A DNA stretch of 64,000 nucleotides, taken from NCBI GenBank assembly GCA_004402915.1, contig SORU01000004.1:11525-75524 (forward strand), read 5' to 3'. The translations under genes were made by a program, and so were the position numbers. Positions within the stretch are counted from its first letter, which is position 1; every line of letters starts with the position of its first letter. The stretch is from Fidelibacterota bacterium MT.SAG.2. Its GTDB lineage: Bacteria > Fidelibacterota > SORT01. Below, piece after piece: positions 56,684 to 64,000 of this stretch. A model generated the notes under the pieces. It was given only the letters and a program-made list of their open reading frames with translations. It was not told where the DNA came from and made no database searches.

Positions 56684-57193
56684 TTGTTCGCAATGCCGTA
56701 TAGGAATTCAGAACAGCTGAATATAGACCCACTTGCAAAAGCAAAGGACAGCGCGCTGATGTATTTGGAGTATCGCGATAGATCGGTCAAAGAGATGAGA
56801 CTAAAATTGAACCAGAAGGGGTATCGTGAGGAGATAATTGAACGAGTATTAGAATTATTAACTAAGGCTAAACTGCTTAATGATGAACGGTTTGCCATCG
56901 CCTTTTCGAGAAGTAAGATAGAAGGAAGATCCTGGGGTCCTGATAAAATTCGGTCGGAATTATACGTAAAAGGTATCGAAAAAGAGCTTATTGAAGGGGT
57001 TATCCGTAAGATGTACGAAGAGTACAATCAATTCGATCTCATACGAAAACTGTTGACAAGACGCTTACGTTACCAAGATACATTAGAACAAAAAGATATG
57101 AAAAGACATATAGATTTTCTCAAAAGGCGAGGATTTCGCTGGGATGCAATTCGGGAAGTCATCACAGAATATGATAATTTTAAATTAGAATAA
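56684..57193 (+). CDS. recX: recombination regulator RecX
   Basis: ALMYLEYRDRSVKEMRLKLNQKGY is a typical RecX repeat. Follows recA. The start is ambiguous (TTG 56684 or ATG 56693). Confidence 0.85.
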   Translation: MFAMPYRNSEQLNIDPLAKAKDSALMYLEYRDRSVKEMRLKLNQKGYREEIIERVLELLTKAKLLNDERFAIAFSRSKIEGRSWGPDKIRSELYVKGIEKELIEGVIRKMYEEYNQFDLIRKLLTRRLRYQDTLEQKDMKRHIDFLKRRGFRWDAIREVITEYDNFKLE

Positions 57194-57195
57194 AG

Positions 57196-59802
57196 ATGAA
57201 GACGGTAAACCAGATACGACAAGAATTTTTTGATTTTTTTGAAGAAAAAGGGCATAAAGTTGTTCCCTCCGCTCCGGTCGTGCCTTCCGACGATCCGACG
57301 TTGTTGTTCATAAATGCGGGGATGAACCAATTTAAGAATATATTCCTTGGAACAGAAAGTCCAAAGGTGCCGCGTATAGTTGATACTCAAAAATGCATCA
57401 GGGTTAGCGGAAAACATAACGACCTCGAGGATGTCGGACTCGATACATATCATCACACATTTTTTGAAATGCTCGGTAATTGGTCATTCGGCGACTATTA
57501 CAAAAAGGAAGCGATAGAATGGGCTTGGGAATTGCTCACCGATGTTTGGGGGTTCGAGAAAGAGAGGTTGTGGGCGACAGTTCACGACAGTGATGATGAA
57601 TCCGAGAAGCTTTGGTCTGAGGTTACGGAATTACCGGCTGAACGAGTTCTCCGATTTGGTGATAAAGAAAATTTTTGGGAGATGGGCAATACCGGACCGT
57701 GCGGACCATGCTCGGAAATACACTATTACATAGGTGATGATGTAGAAGGACAGTCAGCTGATAAGATCAATTCGGGAGATGCTGAGTATATCGAGCTGTG
57801 GAACCTTGTCTTTATTCAATATTTTCGTGATTCAGAGGGAAAACTGAACGATCTTCCGAAAAAGCATGTGGATACAGGATTAGGGTTGGAGCGATTGGCA
57901 GCTGTAGTTCAAGGCAAGTCGTCAAACTATGATACAGATATATTTTCGCCGATCATCAAAGAGATAGAAAACATCAGCGGGAAAAAATATGAAGGCGAAA
58001 ATCAAAACGCATTCAGAGTGATCGCGGATCATCTTCGTTCATTGTCATTTGCCATCGCCGACGGAGTTATGCCCTCCAATGAAGGTCGGGGGTACGTGAT
58101 AAGGAGGTTGCTGCGGCGAGCCGCTAAGTTCGGAAGGAATCTTGATCTGAATACTCCGTTCATTTATAAGCTGGTTTCTACTCTTGCCGATCTAATGGGT
58201 GATACCTTTCCGGAGTTGCGTGAGCGGAAAGAGCATATAGAAAGGATCATAAAATCTGAAGAAGAGAGTTTCGGTGAAACTATAGACAGGGGTTTGGAGC
58301 TTTTTGAACAGTTGACTGATAAGATGAAAAAGAGTTCTTCAAAGCAGATCTCAGGAGAGGATTCTTTCAAATTATACGACACGTTTGGATTTCCGATTGA
58401 CTTGACATCTCTGATGGCAAAAGAGAAGGGATTGTCGGTTGATTTAAAAGGATTTGAGAAAAAAATGACCGAACAAAAGGAACGAAGTCGCCAAAAGAAA
58501 AAATTTGTTTCGGGTGATTTGGTCCCTGAGGGAGTCGAAATAAAGGAAGAGCCGACTCTCTTTTCAGGTTATGATATGCTTGAAGTGGAAACTGAGATAA
58601 CACAAATCATCTTTCATGCTGATAAGGATATCCGGCTTTTACTTAAAGAAACACCTTATTATGCGGAATCGGGTGGACAGGTTGGCGACATAGGGTTTAT
58701 TTTTGCTGACGGAATGAAGATAAGGATCGATGATACACAAAAAGTCGGCGGTTTGCATTATGTTCATATCGGGGAGGTTCTTGATGGTGATCCGAAACCT
58801 AATATGAAAGTCAAAGCAGAGGTTAATCCCGAATGGCGTAAGGATATCCTGCCTAATCACACTGCAACACATCTGATGCATGCTGCGCTAAGGGGTGAAC
58901 TAGGGGATCATGTTGAGCAGGCGGGTTCATTGGTAGCGCCCGATAGGTTGCGGTTTGATTATCATCATTCAGAAAAACCTACTTTAGAACAGCTCAAGAA
59001 TATTGAAATGTCTGTAAACGAAAAAATTCGAGAAAACATAAAACTTAAAACTACCCTCACAACCTTCGAGAATGCAAAAAAGTCGGGCGCGATGGCGTTG
59101 TTTGGCGAGAAGTACGGTGATGAAGTGCGTATGGTGGAGATATCTGTTTTCAGCAAGGAGCTTTGCGGCGGCACTCATGTTGAAAGGACAGGTGACATAG
59201 GTCTGTTTCTTATAACCCATGAATCATCGGTATCCTCAGGAGTTCGCAGGATCGAAGCAGTTACCGGTGAAGGAGCGCTAAGATATGTACAGGAAAACAG
59301 ATCGGTATTGTCAGAGTTGGAAAATAGTCTGTCGGTAAAATCGGAGCAACTTCCGGATCGGATTAAAGCTCTTTCGGAAAGCAATAAAGATCTTGAAAGA
59401 AAATTAAAGAAGTCGAAGCTATCGGGCAATATTGATATCGATTCATGGATCGATCCGAATAATAAAACCGGAGATGTCACTCTTGTCACCCGCCGTTTAG
59501 AAGCATCCTCTCTTGATGAGATGAAAGGTGTGGCTGATAAACTACGGGAAAAAATGAAAAGCGGAGTAGGAGTATTAGCGAGTGAAATTGACAACAAAGC
59601 AAATATTGTCGTTATTGTAACTCAAGACATTATTAAAAGCGAAAACATTACCGCTACGAAAGTATTAACAGGATTGATTGAGATTATCGGCGGCGGCGGC
59701 GGCGGAAGTGACCGTATCGCTACAGCTGGCGGAGGGAAACCCGATCTGATTGAGAAGGCGCTAAGTCAGTCATCTCTGATATTATCAAAATTGACTAAAT
59801 AA
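57196..59802 (+). CDS. alaS: alanine--tRNA ligase
   Basis: FFEEKGH..VPS, FTNAGM-like FINAGMNQFK, HHTFFEMLGNWSFGDY, editing-domain HTATHL, and C-terminal GGGGGS DHHA1 motif. Confidence 0.97.
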   Translation: MKTVNQIRQEFFDFFEEKGHKVVPSAPVVPSDDPTLLFINAGMNQFKNIFLGTESPKVPRIVDTQKCIRVSGKHNDLEDVGLDTYHHTFFEMLGNWSFGDYYKKEAIEWAWELLTDVWGFEKERLWATVHDSDDESEKLWSEVTELPAERVLRFGDKENFWEMGNTGPCGPCSEIHYYIGDDVEGQSADKINSGDAEYIELWNLVFIQYFRDSEGKLNDLPKKHVDTGLGLERLAAVVQGKSSNYDTDIFSPIIKEIENISGKKYEGENQNAFRVIADHLRSLSFAIADGVMPSNEGRGYVIRRLLRRAAKFGRNLDLNTPFIYKLVSTLADLMGDTFPELRERKEHIERIIKSEEESFGETIDRGLELFEQLTDKMKKSSSKQISGEDSFKLYDTFGFPIDLTSLMAKEKGLSVDLKGFEKKMTEQKERSRQKKKFVSGDLVPEGVEIKEEPTLFSGYDMLEVETEITQIIFHADKDIRLLLKETPYYAESGGQVGDIGFIFADGMKIRIDDTQKVGGLHYVHIGEVLDGDPKPNMKVKAEVNPEWRKDILPNHTATHLMHAALRGELGDHVEQAGSLVAPDRLRFDYHHSEKPTLEQLKNIEMSVNEKIRENIKLKTTLTTFENAKKSGAMALFGEKYGDEVRMVEISVFSKELCGGTHVERTGDIGLFLITHESSVSSGVRRIEAVTGEGALRYVQENRSVLSELENSLSVKSEQLPDRIKALSESNKDLERKLKKSKLSGNIDIDSWIDPNNKTGDVTLVTRRLEASSLDEMKGVADKLREKMKSGVGVLASEIDNKANIVVIVTQDIIKSENITATKVLTGLIEIIGGGGGGSDRIATAGGGKPDLIEKALSQSSLILSKLTK

Positions 59803-59820
59803 AAATAAGGATCACCGTAT

Positions 59821-61272
59821 TTGGAAAAATTGTTGAACGAGCTGAGTGTACCGGGAAGAATAGGATATTCTTTACCTCCTAACGATGTGGGCGAAAATGA
59901 ATTATCGTCACTTATCCCTGAAAAATATCTTTCAAACGAAAGACCGTCTCTTCCTGAAGTAAGCGAACCGGAGATCGCAAGGCATTTTATCAATATGAGT
60001 ATTACCAATCATCATATTGATAAAGGATTTTATCCTCTCGGTTCTTGCACGATGAAATATAATCCGAAGCTGAATGAAGTGACATCACGACTGCCCGGAT
60101 TTTCAGGAATACATCCGCATCAGCATGAATCAACGATTCAAAGCGCGCTCCAACTGATGTACGAGCTTGAAAAAGCCTTATGTGACTTTACCGGAATGGA
60201 TTCTTTTACTCTTCAACCGGCTGCCGGTTCTCAGGGGGAGCTCACCGGAATTATGATAATGCGGAGATACCATACGGAAAATGGAAATCCGAGAAAGAAG
60301 GTTCTGATACCCGATTCCGCTCATGGCACAAATCCGGCAAGCGTAGTAATAAGCGGCTACGAGTCGATTCCTGTCAAATCAAATAATAGAGGATTGGTAG
60401 ATGTCGATGACCTTTCCTCTAAACTCGATGAAGAAGTTGCGGGAATGATGATAACGAATCCGAATACTCTGGGACTCTTCGAGGAGGAAATTTCTACTAT
60501 TTCAAAGAAGATCCATGATGTCGGGGCTTTACTCTATCTCGACGGGGCGAACTTCAATGCTTTGATCTCATTAATGAAACCGGCTAATATGGGGTTTGAC
60601 ATTACCCATCTTAACTTGCATAAAACTTTCAGCACTCCACACGGGGGTGGTGGACCGGGATCGGGTCCCGTCGGAGTCATATCAAAATTGTCTAAGTATC
60701 TGCCTTATCCAAGGGTGCAGAAGGTTAATGAAAGTTATACTTTAAGTCAAGAAAGTCCTGATTCTATCGGCAGATTACACGGTTTTTTTGGTAATTTCAG
60801 TATACTTGTGAGAGCATATACCTATATCAGACTATTGGGCTATGATGGATTTGGAGCCGCCTCTAAAAATGCAATTATCAACGCGAATTACCTTAAGAAA
60901 CTCGTTACTAAACGATATGATATTCCATTCGATCAGAATTGTATGCATGAATTTGTGGTGAGCGCAGAAGCCCAAAAAAAGCGGGGCGCTAAAGCAGGAG
61001 ACATAGTTAAACGGCTTTTGGATTTTGGAGTGCACGCTCCGACAGTATATTTTCCATTGATAGTTAAAGAAGCGTTGATGATCGAGCCGACAGAATCTGA
61101 ATCTAAGAGTTCACTGGAGGATTTTTCGTCGATACTTGAAAAGATAGATGATGAAATTGACGAAAACCCTTCTCTTCTGACTGATGCTCCTTTCAATACC
61201 CCCATTAGAAGACTAGATGAAGCAAAGGCTGTACGGGAATTAAGACTTACATGGGATAAGGTGGGTAACTGA
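59821..61272 (+). CDS. gcvPB: glycine dehydrogenase (aminomethyl-transferring) subunit 2
   Basis: GSCTMKYNP, SAHGTNPAS and NLHKTFSTPHGGGGPG (PLP-Lys region). TTG start. Confidence 0.93.
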   Translation: MEKLLNELSVPGRIGYSLPPNDVGENELSSLIPEKYLSNERPSLPEVSEPEIARHFINMSITNHHIDKGFYPLGSCTMKYNPKLNEVTSRLPGFSGIHPHQHESTIQSALQLMYELEKALCDFTGMDSFTLQPAAGSQGELTGIMIMRRYHTENGNPRKKVLIPDSAHGTNPASVVISGYESIPVKSNNRGLVDVDDLSSKLDEEVAGMMITNPNTLGLFEEEISTISKKIHDVGALLYLDGANFNALISLMKPANMGFDITHLNLHKTFSTPHGGGGPGSGPVGVISKLSKYLPYPRVQKVNESYTLSQESPDSIGRLHGFFGNFSILVRAYTYIRLLGYDGFGAASKNAIINANYLKKLVTKRYDIPFDQNCMHEFVVSAEAQKKRGAKAGDIVKRLLDFGVHAPTVYFPLIVKEALMIEPTESESKSSLEDFSSILEKIDDEIDENPSLLTDAPFNTPIRRLDEAKAVRELRLTWDKVGN

Positions 61273-61698
61273 ATGCAATATCAATCCACAGCTTATGGGT
61301 ATCAACTGCGGCTTGAAACAGGCGAGGAGATACATTCAACGCTGACCGACTTTATGACCTCTAAAGGTATAAAGGGAGGTAGTGTGACGGGAATAGGCGC
61401 GTTGTCTTCATATTCGTTAGGATATTATAAAGTTACCGAAAAAGAGTATCTAAGGAAAGATTACGATGAAGAAGTTGAATTATTGTCCTGCGCAGGTAAC
61501 CTTGCTTATAAAGGCGGTATTCCCATAGCGCATTTGCATGTTGTAATTTCTAATATGAAGATGGAAACACGTGGCGGTCATTTATTCGAGGGAGTGATTT
61601 CCGCAACAGGAGAGTTTTCAATATTTGATTCCAAAATAGAAGTGATCAGGCTTGATCGCGCAGATGCGTTACCGCTCTTAGATCTGCCTAATCGCTGA
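61273..61698 (+). CDS. PPC (DUF296) domain protein
   Basis: EVELLSCAGNL...IAHLHVVIS...GGHLFEGVISATGEFSIF matches the PPC/DUF296 layout. Its start immediately follows the gcvPB stop. Confidence 0.7.
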   Translation: MQYQSTAYGYQLRLETGEEIHSTLTDFMTSKGIKGGSVTGIGALSSYSLGYYKVTEKEYLRKDYDEEVELLSCAGNLAYKGGIPIAHLHVVISNMKMETRGGHLFEGVISATGEFSIFDSKIEVIRLDRADALPLLDLPNR

Positions 61699-61783
61699 TG
61701 ATCCAACAGTGAAATATACAATATAGTTTCCTCGCTTTCTCTTTACATAATTGTAGAGAGCTTATATTTTATGTCTAACAGTT

Positions 61784-64000
61784 ATGAATAATATTCAAAT
61801 ATATACTCCCGAGACCGTGGCAATAAAAAGGGAGGAAATTAAATCCGATCACAGAAAAGGAAGTGACGGGAGGGATACATCTATCGGATTGACGAATCTT
61901 GCAGATTCTTGCATCCACACCGTCATAACTGATTTGAATTTAGAGGGAGTGGTAATTGCCGCGGTGGGGGGATATGGAAGATGCCAACTCTCTCCATACT
62001 CAGATTTGGACCTGATTACGATATACGATGAGAACGCAGAGAGTAATGAAACAAAAGTCTCGGATATGGTTCGATCCCTTTGGGATTTAGGATGGTCACT
62101 ATCGCATACCTATCTAACATTGGATGAGGTTAAATCAAAAGCTGATACAGATTTAAATTTTTTCTCTTCGCTATTAGACCTGCGAGTTATACACTCAGAT
62201 GACAAATTTGGTGATAGATTAAATAGGACTCTTAGCGCAGATATTTTACCCACAGGACTGGAAAATTTAATCAACGCTAAGCTTGAAGAGACGACGAGAA
62301 GGCATGAGCGATTCGGCTCTACCAGTAGAGTGCTCGAACCTAATATCAAAGAAAGCGCCGGCGGTCTTAGGGACATACATTCCCTGATCTGGATCAATAT
62401 GAACATGAAACTCTTAATTCCGTTTGAAGACAATACTGTTTATTCGCGGGTAGATAGCTATTTGAATTTAATCTCGGAGAAAGAAAATTGGCATCCAGGT
62501 TTGACTAAGAGGCTTATAGACGCCAATGACCTGATATTAAAAATTCGACACGAGATACATTATCTGAGAAAAGAAAAAAACGATTTTCTGACTTTCGATA
62601 TTCGAGACGATGTTGCAAAAAATTTAATTATGAATAAAAATGGAGAAAATGTATCGTCCTTTCTGCGAAATTATTACAGGTCTGTAAGAAATATATCCCG
62701 CGCATTACAACTTTCCGAGGAATTGTTAGGAGGTACGGTTCTAAAACTAAGCCGCACTAATATTGAAGCTAAGATGCTGCAACCGGGAATTTACTCTGAT
62801 GGAAGCAGGCTCTATGTAGATGCTACTCTCGGTGAAAAAGTAGATTATAATTTGACCAATATCATCGAACTGTTTCGATATTCTAAAGAGAATAACTACC
62901 GATTATCGTCTCTGTTGCTCTATCAGATAGATAAGCATTATTTAGATTTTGAGTTGTCATCAAAGGATAGGAAAAAAATCGGTAAACTGTTTTTCGATAT
63001 TTTTGATGATCCTGCAAATTTGGCTCAAACTCTCAGGCAACTTTTTGAAACAGGTATACTGAAAATTATTATACCTGAGTTGGACGATATGTACTGTCAT
63101 GCTCCGAAAAGCAGGTATCACTATTACACAACAGATGAGCATACTATGAGAGCTTTGGAAGTAATAGAGAAATTGGATTCTTCCGAAGGTATCGGCGAAC
63201 TACAGGAAGTGTTGCGCGACTTGGAAAACAAGAACGAACTGATGCTGGCATTGCTCTTTCACGATATAGCGAAGCCTCGAGAAACCACAGAAGGAGAACA
63301 TGTAGCTGCCGGAGCGGAAGATGCGCGCCGAATACTTAAAAATTTAGGTTACGGAGGGAATATCGATTTGATCGAAAGATTGATTTCAAATCATCTTGTG
63401 ATGGAACAAACCGCATTCAGGAGAGATATCTCTCTATTAGAGACTATTGAATTATTTTGTCTGAAAATAAAAGATGTAGAAACGCTTAACTGTCTCTATC
63501 TACTCACATATGCTGACCTGTACGCCGTGAATCCTACCGTATGGTCGGAATGGAAAAGATCACTGCTCAGCAATCTATATAGAAATGCGTTGGATTATCT
63601 GAATGGTTATTTTAAAAAAGATATTAAAATTGAGAATGCCAATTTAGTCAATGATCTTAGGAAAAAACATAGTGAAGAAAAAGTGAAGTCAACTTTAGCA
63701 ATGCTTCCGATCTCCTACCAGCATGAATTCGATAGTCGTCAAATTTCCGATCATATTTCGGATGCAGAAAATTTAAAAACGGAAATCGTATCGGTAAAGT
63801 GCAGAAGCTATTTCAACTTTAGCGAAGTTACGATCATAGCAGGAGACAGGAAGTATTTAATGTCGGATATCTGTGCGGTATTCGCTGTCAACAATGTAAG
63901 TATTTTCGAGGCAAAAATTTATACTCGAACAGACGGTATAGCTATCGATAGCTTCCATGTAGTAAGTTTAAAAGAAAGGAAACCTCTATCGCCGGAAACT
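61784..64000 (+). CDS. glnD: [protein-PII] uridylyltransferase/uridylyl-removing enzyme GlnD, 3'-truncated by the window end
   Basis: Absent from the ORF track because no stop falls inside the window. I read the frame from ATG 61784 and it is open for 739 codons. It has nucleotidyltransferase GGYGRCQLSPYSDLDL, EPNIKESAGGLRDIH, HD domain HYYTTDEH...LLFHDIAKP, and an ACT-like C-terminal segment. Confidence 0.85.
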   Translation, partial: MNNIQIYTPETVAIKREEIKSDHRKGSDGRDTSIGLTNLADSCIHTVITDLNLEGVVIAAVGGYGRCQLSPYSDLDLITIYDENAESNETKVSDMVRSLWDLGWSLSHTYLTLDEVKSKADTDLNFFSSLLDLRVIHSDDKFGDRLNRTLSADILPTGLENLINAKLEETTRRHERFGSTSRVLEPNIKESAGGLRDIHSLIWINMNMKLLIPFEDNTVYSRVDSYLNLISEKENWHPGLTKRLIDANDLILKIRHEIHYLRKEKNDFLTFDIRDDVAKNLIMNKNGENVSSFLRNYYRSVRNISRALQLSEELLGGTVLKLSRTNIEAKMLQPGIYSDGSRLYVDATLGEKVDYNLTNIIELFRYSKENNYRLSSLLLYQIDKHYLDFELSSKDRKKIGKLFFDIFDDPANLAQTLRQLFETGILKIIIPELDDMYCHAPKSRYHYYTTDEHTMRALEVIEKLDSSEGIGELQEVLRDLENKNELMLALLFHDIAKPRETTEGEHVAAGAEDARRILKNLGYGGNIDLIERLISNHLVMEQTAFRRDISLLETIELFCLKIKDVETLNCLYLLTYADLYAVNPTVWSEWKRSLLSNLYRNALDYLNGYFKKDIKIENANLVNDLRKKHSEEKVKSTLAMLPISYQHEFDSRQISDHISDAENLKTEIVSVKCRSYFNFSEVTIIAGDRKYLMSDICAVFAVNNVSIFEAKIYTRTDGIAIDSFHVVSLKERKPLSPET

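Noticed and set aside
56482-57027. 181-aa minus-strand ORF across the recA/recX junction (also 56454-56744 and 55717-56013)
   Set aside because: It is antisense to unambiguous recA and recX coding sequence, with a Ser-rich, junk-like translation.
59689-59705. (GGC)5-6 microsatellite in alaS
   Set aside because: It encodes the conserved poly-Gly (GGGGGS) motif of the AlaRS C-terminal DHHA1 domain. This is expected and not an anomaly.
59821-61272. gcvPB without an adjacent gcvPA
   Set aside because: Split P-protein subunit genes are usually adjacent, and here gcvPB follows alaS. Gene-order scatter of gcv genes is common, though, and gcvPA may lie outside the window, so no special biology can be claimed.
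1-64000. Search for CRISPR arrays, rRNA genes, IS elements or transposases, reverse transcriptases (retron/DGR) and Cas-like genes
   Set aside because: No regularly spaced short direct repeats, no rRNA-like conserved blocks, and no DDE, RT or Cas motifs appear in any listed ORF. The only mobility genes seen are the island integrase and xis.

Overview
The window looks like a chromosomal segment of an AT-rich bacterium. It has a type IX secretion system: five proteins end in the Por/T9SS C-terminal sorting domain (NYPNPFNP...GIYFYRL...KM.LLK). That suggests an uncultured member of the Fibrobacteres-Chlorobi-Bacteroidetes superphylum; this taxonomic placement is inference only.

Most of the window is housekeeping, including:
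- purM, gpsA, sod, an aquaporin and a CDF transporter
- tRNA-Ala, a long-form SRP RNA, dnaX, ybaB and recR
- pgsA, pgpA and cinA
- thpR, recA, recX, alaS, gcvPB and glnD

Three parts stand out:
1. 10152-22886 is a 12.7-kb integrative element inserted in tRNA-Leu(CAA), bounded by an exact 26-bp direct repeat. It carries a tyrosine integrase, a Xis-like HTH protein, a lambda-O-like initiator with iterons inside its own gene, its own DnaB, and no virion genes. Its cargo has no assignable function: two small TM proteins, a 261-aa protein, and an RHH protein paired with a 244-aa protein. A more GC-rich cassette of two T9SS-secreted hydrolase-like proteins sits among an island-specific GC-rich motif family and a tRNA 3' fragment.
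2. 3829-8630 is a c-type cytochrome cluster. A tetrahaem c554-like protein, a membrane-anchored 11-haem protein and a b-type 4-TM subunit appear translationally coupled. A cytochrome P460-like lipoprotein and a membrane dihaem cytochrome follow.
3. Several surface or periplasmic modules are present:
   - a T9SS-tagged thioredoxin-fold protein, TlpA and an outer-membrane barrel operon
   - a PEGA, cohesin-like lipoprotein and 989-aa repeat protein operon that splits cinA from recA
   - a FecR/TSP3 barrel protein interrupted by an in-frame TAA

No CRISPR array, rRNA or transposase was seen. All family names come from motif recognition by eye, not from searches.
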